A DNA stretch of 64,000 bases from Bacteroidota bacterium (GTDB taxonomy: Bacteria; Bacteroidota; Rhodothermia; JANXDC01): assembly GCA_025059945.1 (NCBI GenBank), contig JANXDC010000011.1, positions 141,856 through 205,855 of the forward strand, read 5' to 3'. Below the pieces are notes generated by a model. The model saw only the letters and a list, made by a program, of their open reading frames with translations, made no database searches and had not been told where the DNA came from. This document shows positions 19,067 through 29,217 of this stretch, one piece after another (the first letter of the stretch is position 1; each line of letters opens with the position of its first letter). A program made the translations under genes and the position numbers.

Positions 19067-20556
19067 TGGCCGCCCCGTCGCCGATCCGGCAGCTGGCCTC
19101 CGACGCGGCCGTATACGGGCTCAGTACGCTTCTGGCCCGGTCCGTGAACTACTTGCTTGTGCCCTTCTACACGAACGTCTTTGAGCCCTCCGATTACGGG
19201 GTGATCAGCGTCGTCTACGCGGCCCTCGTATTTGGCAACATCCTCTTTACCTACGGCATGGAGTCTAGCTACTTGCGCCATGCCGCGGCCGCGGACGCCT
19301 GCCGAGCCCAGCTGGTCTTCAGCACGGCTTTCTGGAGTCTGCTCCTCAGCGCATTAGGCCTCTCGCTTGCGCTCGTTTCGCTGGCTGCTCCCGTGGCCCA
19401 GTTGTTGGGGTTGGGGATGAGGCATCGGGATCTGGTTTACTGGATGGCCCTTGTGCTGTTTCTGGACACCGTGGCCGTGGTGCCCATGGCTTCCCTGCGC
19501 CTTAAGCGGCGGGCCTGGCTGTATGCGGGGCTGCGAACCGGAAACGTGCTGCTCAATGTGCTGCTCAATCTGGGGCTCATTCTGGCCCTGGGCTGGGGGG
19601 TGGAGGCCGTGCTGGCAAGCAACGCGGCCGCCAGTCTAGCTCTGGCCGCGTTCTCCCTGATCTTAGAGCGCGGCCAGTTGCGGTGCGTCTTCGATCGGGG
19701 GCTTTGGCGGGCTATGTTGGGCTTCGGACTGCCCTTTGTGCCCACCGGATTGGGTTACGCGATTTCCGAAAGCGTCGATCGGCTGTTCCTTGTGCGCATG
19801 CCGCAGGAGGCCGCTGCCCGCCTGTACGGGGCCGATACCACCCCTGTGGAGGTGGCCGGCATATACGGGGCCTGCTACAAGCTGGGCGTTTTCATGCTGC
19901 TGTACGTGCAGATGTTTCGCCTAGCCTGGCAGCCGTTTTTTCTGGAGCGGGGCCGCGATCCCAAAGCGCCGACCCTTTTTGCGCGCATCTTTACGCTGTT
20001 CACCGCTCTGGGAGCCCTGCTGTTCTTGGCCGTTTCGTTTTTCGTTCGGGATCTGGTGCGGATCGGTCTGCCTATCGGCGGGCGCATGCGCTACGTAGTA
20101 GACCCCGCCTACTGGGAAGGGCTTTTCATTGTGCCCTTGATTCTGCTTGCGTATCTGGCCCAAGGATGGTACGTGTACGCGTCGGCGGGGGTGTTTCTGC
20201 GCAATCGCACGCGCGATCTTCCCTGGATCACCTTGGGCGGGGCCCTGCTTACGCTCGCGGGCAACGCCTGGGGGGTGCCCCGCTATGGAATGGCCGCCTC
20301 CGCCTGGACGACCCTGCTGAGCTACCTTGCCATGGCCGTCGCGCTGCTGGCCCGAGCTCAGCGCTACTATCCCATACCCTTCGCGTGGCGGGATCTCGGG
20401 GGCATCTGCTTGATTACGGCTTTAGCTTACGCGCTCTTTCTGTGGCTGGATCCGGCCTTGGGAGGGCGCATCCTGTTGCTTCTTTTCGCGATCGGCTCTT
20501 TTATTGCTTTCGGGTGGCTACCGGGCCGAAAGGGCTCAGGATGGGGCGCCAGTTGA
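19066..20556 (+). CDS. Oligosaccharide flippase / polysaccharide biosynthesis (MATE-like) protein
   Basis: YGLSTLLARSVNYLLVPFYT, YGMES and many TM segments; ATG 19066 is coupled to the aroQ stop. Confidence 0.85.
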   Translation: MAAPSPIRQLASDAAVYGLSTLLARSVNYLLVPFYTNVFEPSDYGVISVVYAALVFGNILFTYGMESSYLRHAAAADACRAQLVFSTAFWSLLLSALGLSLALVSLAAPVAQLLGLGMRHRDLVYWMALVLFLDTVAVVPMASLRLKRRAWLYAGLRTGNVLLNVLLNLGLILALGWGVEAVLASNAAASLALAAFSLILERGQLRCVFDRGLWRAMLGFGLPFVPTGLGYAISESVDRLFLVRMPQEAAARLYGADTTPVEVAGIYGACYKLGVFMLLYVQMFRLAWQPFFLERGRDPKAPTLFARIFTLFTALGALLFLAVSFFVRDLVRIGLPIGGRMRYVVDPAYWEGLFIVPLILLAYLAQGWYVYASAGVFLRNRTRDLPWITLGGALLTLAGNAWGVPRYGMAASAWTTLLSYLAMAVALLARAQRYYPIPFAWRDLGGICLITALAYALFLWLDPALGGRILLLLFAIGSFIAFGWLPGRKGSGWGAS

Positions 20557-20852
20557 GCGTGCTTGCTCTGCTTAGCTGTTTCGCTTTGGCTTGTTCGGCG
20601 GGCCGAAACCTCTGGGTCGGTTCTCTAGAGGTGACGGGTCATGAGCCGTTTACGGAACTGGCCCTGGTTACCGATTCCGGAGAGCGGTATCTGCTTCGCG
20701 TATCGGAGGCCGACCGCGAGGCTCTGCAGGCCCGTCTGCCGGCGCGCGTACAAGTGCGAGGGCGCCTAGAGGAAGGCGAATGGTACGGACAGAAGCGAAG
20801 TTGGATCCGCGTTCATTCCTGGAAGGTCGTGGCCTCTAGCAGGGAGCCGTAG
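20541..20852 (+). CDS. Small hypothetical lipoprotein (103 aa)
   Basis: ATG 20541, hydrophobic leader with an ALAC lipobox-like motif; exactly fills the gap between two co-oriented genes. Confidence 0.6.
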   Translation: MGRQLSVLALLSCFALACSAGRNLWVGSLEVTGHEPFTELALVTDSGERYLLRVSEADREALQARLPARVQVRGRLEEGEWYGQKRSWIRVHSWKVVASSREP

Positions 20853-20855
20853 GGC

Positions 20856-23285
20856 ATGCGCTGGGTTGGACTTACCTTTCTGTTCGCGGGGATGCTTTCC
20901 AGTTGGGCTGAAGCTCAAGAAAGCACCCTCAGACTCCCTAGTGGCGACGCAGAGCCCCCGGTCATATGCGTAAGTCCTTGGCTGAACGAGCAAGCCGAAG
21001 CGCGCGCCGCCTTAGCCGAGTTTCGGACGCTTGCGCAGCAGCGCGATGAGCTGCTGCGCTCCTTAAGGCGCACAGCTGAGCTCGTCCGCTCCTCAGATCC
21101 AAGGCGCGCCGCACAGCTTGAGGCCGCCTGGGCTCAGGGCCTACCTCTGCCCGGTATGCAGAGCCTGCCCGTATCGGTGGGGCAGAACCGGACCTTCAAG
21201 GTCTACAACTTCCAGACGCGCATCTACGATAACGTCTCCTTTACCCTTCGAGGGCTGGGGGACCTAGCCGAGGTATGGGTGGCCGATGATCAGTGGGGGG
21301 AGGGCAAGATCAACGAAAGCGTCGTACAAGCTATCCTGCGCGCGCTGGAGCGCGAAACCCCCCCGGGCTCCTACGATCCCGGTCGCGGTATTTTGGCCAT
21401 CGAGCAAGAGGTCTTCGGACAGCCCCCCAACGTGGACGGATCCGGTAAGCTCAAGGTGCTCTTGCTCGACATCCAAGACGGCTGGTCGGAGGGCTCCAAC
21501 GCCGGCTATGTAGCCGGCTTCTTTAACGGCGTGGACCTTAGCCCCACCAATCCGAACAGCAACCGCGCCGATATACTGTACGTGGACACCTATCCGGGCA
21601 TTTTCCGGCAGAACCGACCGCCGGATCCCAATCGCCCCCTGAACACCGTCGCACACGAATACCAGCATCTTATTCACGCCCGTTATGGCCAGCTTAACAC
21701 GTTCCAAAACGAAGGGCAGTCGGAATGGGCCGAGATCCTGTGCGGTTTTTCGGGCCGGGCCATTTCGTATCTGAATCAGCCCGCCGAAGTGAACATATTC
21801 CTGTACAACTGGCGCTCCGGTGATCTGACGAACGTACTTCGGGACTACGAGCGCGCGGGGCTTTTCCATACCTACATCGCAGACCGGATCGGAGCGCTTT
21901 TGGCCGGGCAGATCACCCGCGGTCCGACGGGAAGGGCCGGTTATCAGGCCGCGCTCAACCAGGCTGGGCTGCTTTTTGAAGATCTGCTAGCGGAATTTCA
22001 TGTGGCCAACTGGGTCAATGACCCCTCCATAGAAGCCCGCTGGGGCTATCGCACTCCCCAGCGAAGAGGCCTAAGGGCTACGACGCCGGCCGTGGAGCAT
22101 CTGGGAAGCTCCGGGGTTTCCGCCTCCAGATCCGGGACGCTGCAATACGGGGGGGCTGAGTACGTGCGCTTCTTTGGCGTGAGCAACCTGCAACTCGCCC
22201 TCACCTTGGATGACGGCACGCGCGCTTTCGCTGTAACCCGCGCTCCGAGCGGCGCTGTGCGGGTGCATGCGCTCTCCAGCGGCCCGCACACGTTTACGGG
22301 CTCCTACGAGTCGGTCGTGCTGGTGGTGGCGAACGTCCGCCCCGTAGGACCTAGCGAAAACGCTCCCGGCCAGCGCACTTACCAGTATGCCGCCACCTGG
22401 CAGCCGCTTCAGGTGCGCGCCGAGGTGCTCTCCTACGCCGGCTCGGCCCAGTATTACACGGAGCTACCCGGTGATCCCCGAGATCCCAACAGGGCCGGCA
22501 TCCTGGCCTACGCCTACCGCTTTACCCCCACGCTTACGGGCTATGTGGAACAGCTCCGCTTTCCTCTCAACGGTCGAGATTCGAGCCTGATGGGCTCAGG
22601 CAGGCTGCGGCTGGTGCTTACGACCTCTCGCCTGGCGCAGGGTACGGGAGCTCTTGAGGCTTGGGTGCCCGATCGAGGGGTCGATTCCCTCGAGGTGCCC
22701 TTTTCGAGCTTGCAGCGGGGCGTAGAGAACGTCATCTCGCTTGCGGGCCGCCCCTGGAGCGTGCAGGCCGGGCAGCATTACCACGTCGTGCTGCGTCTGG
22801 CCGAGGCCTCTTCGAATGCGCGACTAGAGTTTCTTCTAGATGGCGGCTCCACCAACCAAAGCGACCCGCGCTACTGGCCCCCGCGCACGCGCCTGTACGT
22901 GGTGCCTCCCACGGTAGCCTCGCCCGGCTGGTATCGCTATACGAACAGCAACAACCTGCTTATGAGCGTCCGCATAGTGGAGCGCATCCCGACGGCAATA
23001 GCCGAAGAGGCGCCCACACCGGATCGGCTTCTGCTGGAGGCCGTCTATCCCCATCCCGTAAACGGCCGGGCTTGGGTGCGCTACCAGACGCCTCGCGCAG
23101 GTCCGGTGCGCCTGGAGCTATACGATGTGCTGGGCCGCCGGGTGCGGGTGTTGCTGGAGACCACCACGCCGGCCGGCGCGCATGAGGTCAGTTTCTCGGC
23201 CGCGGGTCTGAGCGCGGGGCTGTATTGGCTTTTGCTTTCCGACGGCCAATCCCGACAGACCCGACCTGTTGTGGTGCTTCCGTAA
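20856..23285 (+). CDS. Secreted zinc metallopeptidase-like protein with T9SS-type C-terminal sorting domain
   Basis: Signal peptide; TVAHEYQHLI zinc motif with downstream NEGQSE; C-terminal VYPHPV..LYDVLGRRVRVL..GLSAGLYWL. Confidence 0.8.
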   Translation: MRWVGLTFLFAGMLSSWAEAQESTLRLPSGDAEPPVICVSPWLNEQAEARAALAEFRTLAQQRDELLRSLRRTAELVRSSDPRRAAQLEAAWAQGLPLPGMQSLPVSVGQNRTFKVYNFQTRIYDNVSFTLRGLGDLAEVWVADDQWGEGKINESVVQAILRALERETPPGSYDPGRGILAIEQEVFGQPPNVDGSGKLKVLLLDIQDGWSEGSNAGYVAGFFNGVDLSPTNPNSNRADILYVDTYPGIFRQNRPPDPNRPLNTVAHEYQHLIHARYGQLNTFQNEGQSEWAEILCGFSGRAISYLNQPAEVNIFLYNWRSGDLTNVLRDYERAGLFHTYIADRIGALLAGQITRGPTGRAGYQAALNQAGLLFEDLLAEFHVANWVNDPSIEARWGYRTPQRRGLRATTPAVEHLGSSGVSASRSGTLQYGGAEYVRFFGVSNLQLALTLDDGTRAFAVTRAPSGAVRVHALSSGPHTFTGSYESVVLVVANVRPVGPSENAPGQRTYQYAATWQPLQVRAEVLSYAGSAQYYTELPGDPRDPNRAGILAYAYRFTPTLTGYVEQLRFPLNGRDSSLMGSGRLRLVLTTSRLAQGTGALEAWVPDRGVDSLEVPFSSLQRGVENVISLAGRPWSVQAGQHYHVVLRLAEASSNARLEFLLDGGSTNQSDPRYWPPRTRLYVVPPTVASPGWYRYTNSNNLLMSVRIVERIPTAIAEEAPTPDRLLLEAVYPHPVNGRAWVRYQTPRAGPVRLELYDVLGRRVRVLLETTTPAGAHEVSFSAAGLSAGLYWLLLSDGQSRQTRPVVVLP

Positions 23286-23297
23286 AGCAGCCGGTCC

Positions 23298-24305
23298 ATG
23301 TTTCAGAAGTCGGCCATCTCCGTTTCCTTCATGATCGAGCACCTGCGAGAGCGCATCCAGGTGCCGATCGAGCCGCTGAACACGGTGGACGCCTCTCAGC
23401 GCTGGGTTAAGGAGGCCGATCTCCATCGGCCCGGACTGGCTCTGGCGGGTTTTGTGGAGGTCTTCACGTGGTGGCGGGTGCAGATCCTGGGTAACACGGA
23501 GGTGGAATACCTGAACTACCTGGATCCGGAGGCCCGGCGTCGGGCTTTTTGGAACGTGATCCAATTCGAAGTGCCCTGCCTTATCCTCACGCACGGCAAT
23601 CAGCTGGACTCTGAGCTCCTGAGCACGGCCACCGAGCGGGGCATCCCCGTGTACCGGACGCTTGTGCCCTCGACGCGTTTCATGTACCTGCTGCGGGATT
23701 TCCTGGATGATCAGTTCGCCCCGCAGCAGACCGTGCACGGGACCTTGGTGGACGTCTACGGGGTGGGGCTCCTGTTGACCGGCCCAAGCGGCATCGGCAA
23801 AAGCGAAGTGGCTCTGGATTTAGTTGAGCGCGGACATCGGCTTGTGGCCGACGATGTGGTCATCGTAACGCGCAAATCCGAAACGGTCCTCATAGGATCC
23901 GGTACGGACCTGGTCCAGCACTTCATGGAGATCCGCGGCTTAGGGGTGCTGGATATTCGGGCCATGTTCGGCATCCGGGCCATTCGATTTCAGAAGCGCA
24001 TCGAGGTGGTAGTGGAGCTGGAGCTCTTTAATCCAGAAGCCGATTACACGCGTACGGGTCTAGAAGGCCATAAAACTACGATCCTGGACGTGGAGCTGCC
24101 GTGCGTGAAGCTGCCCATCGTGCCGGGCAAGAACGTGACCGTGATCTGCGAGGTTATCGCGCTCAATTATCTGCTCAAGCATTACGGCTACAACGCGGCC
24201 GAAGAATTTCGGCGCCGGCTCGAGGACCGGATCGGCCAGCGTCTCCGGGAAAAGCGCGAGGGCATTGAGCGCTCCGTTCAGTACTTTGAGCACGATTTCG
24301 AGTAA
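23298..24305 (+). CDS. hprK: HPr kinase/phosphorylase
   Basis: HRPGLALAG, VHGTLVDVYGVG, GPSGIGKSE, GHRLVADD and MEIRGLG. Confidence 0.95.
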   Translation: MFQKSAISVSFMIEHLRERIQVPIEPLNTVDASQRWVKEADLHRPGLALAGFVEVFTWWRVQILGNTEVEYLNYLDPEARRRAFWNVIQFEVPCLILTHGNQLDSELLSTATERGIPVYRTLVPSTRFMYLLRDFLDDQFAPQQTVHGTLVDVYGVGLLLTGPSGIGKSEVALDLVERGHRLVADDVVIVTRKSETVLIGSGTDLVQHFMEIRGLGVLDIRAMFGIRAIRFQKRIEVVVELELFNPEADYTRTGLEGHKTTILDVELPCVKLPIVPGKNVTVICEVIALNYLLKHYGYNAAEEFRRRLEDRIGQRLREKREGIERSVQYFEHDFE

Positions 24306-24306
24306 C

Positions 24307-24912
24307 CTATCCGCGCTCCAGCCGAAATCGGCGCCGATGCCAAGGGCTGGGCCCGTGGCGGGCCAGCGCCGCGTAATGTTCAGCTGTGGGATAGCCCTTG
24401 TTGCGCCTCCATCCGTACTGAGGGTGTTGCCGATCTAGCTCGCACATGATCCGATCTCGCGTCACCTTGGCCACGATGGATGCGGCCATGATCGAGGGGC
24501 ATAAGGCGTCCCCTCGGATGACGGTCTGATACGGGATCCAAAAGGACCGGAACACGGGCCCATCTACGAGCACCAGCTCCGGTTCCAAGCCCAGGGCCGC
24601 GATGGCCCGCTCCATAGCCCGCAGGCTGGCTCGCAGTATGTTGAGCCGATCGATCTCCGCCGGCTCCGCGATCCCCACGCCGATCGCGAGCGCGACCTGT
24701 TGGATCTGCGCGAAGAGCCGCTCGCGTTCTTCGGGCCGGCAAGCCTTAGAATCCTTAAGCCCCGAGATGGCCGGAGGGTCGGGCAACACCACGGCCGCGG
24801 CTACGACGGGACCCGCAAGACAACCCCGGCCGGCCTCATCTACCCCGGCTATGCGACGCAGTCCGCGGAGGCGCCAGTGCGTCTCCGGATCTAGCTGGGT
24901 GGATGCTTCCAT
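24307..24912 (-). CDS. rnhB: Ribonuclease HII
   Basis: GVDEAGRGCLAGPV, DSK, AASIVAKVTRD and NKGYPT; start at ATG 24912. Confidence 0.95.
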   Translation of the reverse strand: MEASTQLDPETHWRLRGLRRIAGVDEAGRGCLAGPVVAAAVVLPDPPAISGLKDSKACRPEERERLFAQIQQVALAIGVGIAEPAEIDRLNILRASLRAMERAIAALGLEPELVLVDGPVFRSFWIPYQTVIRGDALCPSIMAASIVAKVTRDRIMCELDRQHPQYGWRRNKGYPTAEHYAALARHGPSPWHRRRFRLERG

Positions 24913-25008
24913 GGGGTGGTGACCCAAGATACCCCAGCCGGAGGGCTATGGGCCAGTCCATCGGATCCGTTGACAGGGCCCCCCTCGAAGTCCATATTTT
25001 GCGCCACC

Positions 25009-25893
25009 ATGGCGATCGGATACTTGCTGCGCGAAAGCATATCGGGGTTTCGGCGCGCGCGCCTGGCCGTCTGGGCCACGCTCATGACCATGAGCATGGC
25101 CCTGTTGCTGGTAGGGCTTTTTGCGCTCCTGGCCCACGACGTGCGCGCGCTCGTCGAGGGCCTCAAAGAGAAGGTTGAGTTAGAGGTCTTTTTGCGCGAT
25201 CCGCCTGCCAAGCCCATAGACGTATGGGCGCGCGAGCTGCGTCAAAACCCCGCTGTTGAGGCGCTGGTCTACGTATCCAAGGACAGCGCAGCGGCCATCT
25301 TTCGCCGCGAATTTGGCAGCGAGGCCGAGCTGTTTATCGCCTACGATTTCCTGCCGGCTTCCTTTCGGCTTCGGCTTCGGCCCGCCTGGGCCAATCCCGA
25401 CTCGGCTGCGGCCTTAGCCCGACGCCTGAGCGCCATGGAGGGGGTAGACGAGGTGGTCTATAACCAGGCCCTCTTGGCGCGCCTAGAGGAGAACGTGCGC
25501 CTTCTGGGCTGGATCGGGGCCGGCGTGGGTGCCTTGGTGCTGCTGGCCGCCATCGCGCTCATGGTCAACACGATCCGCCTGAAGGTCTACGCTAAACGGC
25601 TCATCATCCGCACGATGAAGCTTGTGGGCGCAACGGAGTGGTTTATCCGGATCCCCTTTGTGCTAGAGGGCTTCATGCTGGGGGCCATGGCCGGCCTGTT
25701 GGCCGGGGGGGTTCTGTTCGCGCTGCGGGAGATGCTGCTTGTCTCCTATCTGCCCGCTCTTCGGCTCTTGCCCTGGCCGGGCGGGCATCCGGCTGTCTTG
25801 TGGGGCGCGCTAGCCCTTTTCGGAGGGTTGGTGGGCATGAGCAGCGCCTCGCTTACAGCGAAACGCTTTATTCGTCGCACCCCTCTTTCGTAG
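25009..25893 (+). CDS. ftsX: Cell division permease-like protein FtsX
   Basis: N-terminal TM, YVSKDSA, LPAS and NTIRL..IRTMKLVGATEWFIRIPFVLEG. Confidence 0.9.
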   Translation: MAIGYLLRESISGFRRARLAVWATLMTMSMALLLVGLFALLAHDVRALVEGLKEKVELEVFLRDPPAKPIDVWARELRQNPAVEALVYVSKDSAAAIFRREFGSEAELFIAYDFLPASFRLRLRPAWANPDSAAALARRLSAMEGVDEVVYNQALLARLEENVRLLGWIGAGVGALVLLAAIALMVNTIRLKVYAKRLIIRTMKLVGATEWFIRIPFVLEGFMLGAMAGLLAGGVLFALREMLLVSYLPALRLLPWPGGHPAVLWGALALFGGLVGMSSASLTAKRFIRRTPLS

Positions 25894-25896
25894 TCC

Positions 25897-27693
25897 ATGC
25901 GCCTCGGCATCGTGCTGCTTGCTTGCGTAGCACTCGGTTACGGGCAGATCGAGGCCAGCCCGAAATACGAGCGCCGGGCTGCCTGGATCGCCACCATGCT
26001 CAACTTAGATTGGCCTCGCAGCCTGGATCCAGCCCTGCAGCAGGCGCAACTGCGCCAGATTCTGGACCGCCTTCGCTTGGTGGGCATCAACACGGTCTTT
26101 TTTCAGGTGCGCGCGGAGGCCGACGCCTTCTATGCCTCTCGCTATGAGCCGTGGTCCTATTACCTAAGCGGACAACAAGGGCGCGCCCCTGAGCCGTACT
26201 ACGACCCGCTGGCCTTTGCCATAGCCGAGGCGCATCGCCGCGGCATGCAACTGCACGCCTGGGTCAACCCGTTTCGGGCCGAGCGCGCGATCAATAGCTA
26301 TCCCCTCGATGGGCACCACATCGCGCGGCGACGTCCTGACTGGACGCTGGCGATTCGAGGCACCCGCTGGCTGGATCCGGGCCTGCCGGAGGTGCGCACC
26401 TATGTGGTGCGCGTCATCACAGACATCGCGCGCCGCTACGACATCGACGGGGTGCACCTGGATGACTACTTCTACCCCTACCCGCCGCACGTCATCACCA
26501 CGGAAGATGATCGGAGCTTCGCCCTGCACGCCCGAGGGCACACCGATCGGGCCGCCTGGAGGCGGGAGAACATCGCGCTATTTTTGGCCGAGCTGCGCGA
26601 TAGCCTGCGCTCCGTTAAGCCCTGGCTGCCCTTAGGGATAAGCCCTTTCGGGATCTGGAAAAGCGGCGTGCCCGAGGGGATTGTGGGCTTAGACGCCTAT
26701 CATGTGCTCTACGCCGATCCCCTCGACTGGCTCAAGCGCGGGCTCGTGGACTACCTGATTCCGCAGCTCTACTGGCCCGTCGGGGGGCCGCAGGACTTTG
26801 CGCGGCTAGCCCAGTGGTGGGCAGAGGTGAGCCGGCCCTATGGACGCCACCTCTACATCGGCCACGGCCTCTATCGGGGCGATCCGAACACCCACAACGG
26901 CCCGCTCCTGGAGCCCGAGGAGTTTCTGCGCCAGGTGACGCTGGTTCGGCTTCTTGCCGGGGCGCAGGGCAGCGCCTGGTTTCGGGCAAGCAACTTGGTC
27001 CATTACTCCCGTCAAGGCGCGGCCGAAGCGCTGCGCAGGGGGCCGTATCGGCTGCCCGCTTTAGCCCCCCCGATGCCCTGGCGCGATAGCCTCCCTCCTG
27101 AGGCCCCGCGCGCCTTGCATCTGGCATTCCCCTCAGGTCCAGGCGTTGTCCTAAATTGGGAAGAGCCCGCTTGTGCCCCCGATGGAGAAAAGGCCCGCTC
27201 GTACGCGGTCTATCGCTTTCGAGCTCGCGCCCCCGCCTCGGAAACCGATCTGCGCCCCGAAGCCCTCTTGGGCGTAACGGGGCAGCTGATGTGGCAAGAC
27301 CTTCCTCCGCCGGCGGAGGAGCCCTACTATTACGTCGTCACGGCCCTAGATCGCGTCGGCCACGAAAGCCGGATGAGCCCCCCCGTGCCCGTCTGGATGC
27401 CCATACCCCTTGCCGCGGAGAGCCTGCTTCGGCCTTCTTCGGCCCCTGCGCCTCGGGTGCCGGGCCGCGTTTCGGTCGCGCTCAGCCGACCGCAGCAGGT
27501 GCGCGCGACGATTTACGATCCTCTGGGCCGACCCGTGCGGGTGCTCATCGAGGGAACCTGGTCGGCCGGAAGCCACGAGTGGCTCTGGGATGGCCGAGAC
27601 GGGCGGGGCCAGCCTGTGCCTAATGGAACCTACGTCTGCATTCTACAGACCGGGGCCCGGCGATGGGCTCGCTTGATGGGGCTTTTCTGGTGA
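25897..27693 (+). CDS. GHL10-family glycosyl hydrolase (YddW/DigH-like) with Fn3-like and FlgD/T9SS-like C-terminal domains
   Basis: ERRAAWIATMLNLDWP, FQVR, HAWVNPFR, DGVHLDDYFYPY and PQLYW; YYYVVTALDRVGHES; WDGRDGRGQPVPNGTY. Confidence 0.88.
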   Translation: MRLGIVLLACVALGYGQIEASPKYERRAAWIATMLNLDWPRSLDPALQQAQLRQILDRLRLVGINTVFFQVRAEADAFYASRYEPWSYYLSGQQGRAPEPYYDPLAFAIAEAHRRGMQLHAWVNPFRAERAINSYPLDGHHIARRRPDWTLAIRGTRWLDPGLPEVRTYVVRVITDIARRYDIDGVHLDDYFYPYPPHVITTEDDRSFALHARGHTDRAAWRRENIALFLAELRDSLRSVKPWLPLGISPFGIWKSGVPEGIVGLDAYHVLYADPLDWLKRGLVDYLIPQLYWPVGGPQDFARLAQWWAEVSRPYGRHLYIGHGLYRGDPNTHNGPLLEPEEFLRQVTLVRLLAGAQGSAWFRASNLVHYSRQGAAEALRRGPYRLPALAPPMPWRDSLPPEAPRALHLAFPSGPGVVLNWEEPACAPDGEKARSYAVYRFRARAPASETDLRPEALLGVTGQLMWQDLPPPAEEPYYYVVTALDRVGHESRMSPPVPVWMPIPLAAESLLRPSSAPAPRVPGRVSVALSRPQQVRATIYDPLGRPVRVLIEGTWSAGSHEWLWDGRDGRGQPVPNGTYVCILQTGARRWARLMGLFW

Positions 27694-27744
27694 GCGCACC
27701 TCACCAGCCGGTGCCGTGCTTACCTGCTTTAAGCAAAGCGTAGA

Positions 27745-28659
27745 GTGATCATGGAAGGCAGTTGGTTGGGACCCACAAGCGCTTTTCTTTCCTCCGTGAC
27801 CTGGGCTCTGGGAACAGCCGCCTACGGGCGCCTTATCCGACGTTACTCCGGATACGCCATCAACACAAGCCGGGCCCTTGTGGCGCTTCCGCTTTTCGCC
27901 CTCACGGTCCTCGCAGCAGGCGTTTGGACGGACTGGGGCAAGCTCGACGGGGGCCGTCTGGGATGGCTTGTTGTGAGCATGATCGCCTCCTACGGCCTAG
28001 GAGATGTGTTCTTCTTCTGGAGCACGCGCACGCTGGGGGTGCCAGGGGCCCTGGCGATCGCCTCCACGTATCCGATTTGGACGGCCCTGGGAGGATGGGC
28101 GCTCGGAGAGGCGCCGTTAAGCGGGCTTCAGTGGGCCGGACTGCTCCTCGTGGTCGGAGGTATGGGGCTTGTGATCCTCTATGGCCCCCAAGAGGTCTTC
28201 GAATCCGGTGGTCCGATCCCGCGCTTTGCCGGGCGCCGATCGGTCGGCCTGGGGCTGGCCTTCGCCGCCTCTCTGCTGTGGGCGCTCAACAACGTGGCTA
28301 TCGACCAAGGCGGCACGGGCCTGTCGACGCCCGCTGTAAACACCGTGCGCATGCTCCTGGCGCTGGGGATTTGCCCCCTTATGGCGGCCTGGCTTATGCC
28401 CGGCACCCCCCGGGCGCTGCCCTTTACGGTTCTGCGTCGGTATTTTTGGGTGATGGCGCTTGAGGCCTACGGAGGGGCCACGTTTTTCGTCTACGGGCTG
28501 GTGCACGCACCCTTGGCCGTGGCCGCCACACTTTCCTCTCTGAGCCCTGTGCTCGCCGTGCCTATCGCCTGGATTATGGGCCTTGAGCGGCCCTCTTGGG
28601 GCCGAACGTTCGGGGTCGCGGCCGTAGCCGCGGGCCTAGGACTGCTGCTGAGCGCCTGA
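27745..28659 (+). CDS. DMT/EamA-family transporter
   Basis: About ten TM helices in two repeats; typical EamA ends (LGEAPLS..WAG; GLERPS). Confidence 0.85.
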   Translation: MIMEGSWLGPTSAFLSSVTWALGTAAYGRLIRRYSGYAINTSRALVALPLFALTVLAAGVWTDWGKLDGGRLGWLVVSMIASYGLGDVFFFWSTRTLGVPGALAIASTYPIWTALGGWALGEAPLSGLQWAGLLLVVGGMGLVILYGPQEVFESGGPIPRFAGRRSVGLGLAFAASLLWALNNVAIDQGGTGLSTPAVNTVRMLLALGICPLMAAWLMPGTPRALPFTVLRRYFWVMALEAYGGATFFVYGLVHAPLAVAATLSSLSPVLAVPIAWIMGLERPSWGRTFGVAAVAAGLGLLLSA

Positions 28660-29160
28660 TCGGGCCTCCCAGAGCTTGCGCAGCACGATGAGCTGTCCGG
28701 CGTGATGTTGGGCGTGCTCGACGAGGTGATGCAAAACAAACACGGCCTGCACGGCGATGCGCCGGCGGCCGACGTGCACAAGGCGTGCTAGATCGGCCTC
28801 CGCAAGACCCTGGTAAGCCGCGCGCAACTCCGCCCAGGCCTGCTCAAACTCGGCCCGAACCTCGGCGGAGCGCTGGCCGAGGGGCTCGAACTCCTCAGCC
28901 CCCACGGGCAATCCCTCAAGATCGGCCGGAAGGGGCCGGTCCAGCCCGTAGGCCAAAAGCCGACGCGAAGCGCGTGCGATATGCCGCAAGATGCCGCCGA
29001 TCGGGTTTAACCCCGGCGCGGGCCTCCACCAAAAGCCCTCCTCTTCCAAATCCGCCGTCCAGCGCCGCACCGTCTCCTCGACCTCCTCTAGCCCCCGCAG
29101 CCAAGCCGACACCACGGGGGGCAAACCTGGTACGGGACCCCGTAAGAAGGGAGGGAGCAT
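28636..29160 (-). CDS. DinB-family protein
   Basis: WWRPAPGLNPIGGILRHI and HLVEHAQHHAGQ His motif. Confidence 0.85.
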   Translation of the reverse strand: MLPPFLRGPVPGLPPVVSAWLRGLEEVEETVRRWTADLEEEGFWWRPAPGLNPIGGILRHIARASRRLLAYGLDRPLPADLEGLPVGAEEFEPLGQRSAEVRAEFEQAWAELRAAYQGLAEADLARLVHVGRRRIAVQAVFVLHHLVEHAQHHAGQLIVLRKLWEARSGAQQQS

Positions 29161-29217
29161 AACGCCTCCGCGCTTGTGATCCCCATTATTATGAGCCGCT
29201 TGCGGACGATCGCAAGT

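Noticed and set aside
19683..20540. 389-aa ORF 19683-20852 as a single gene
   Set aside because: The first 286 codons overlap the flippase in another frame and read as low-complexity shadow sequence; only the part from ATG 20541 is retained.
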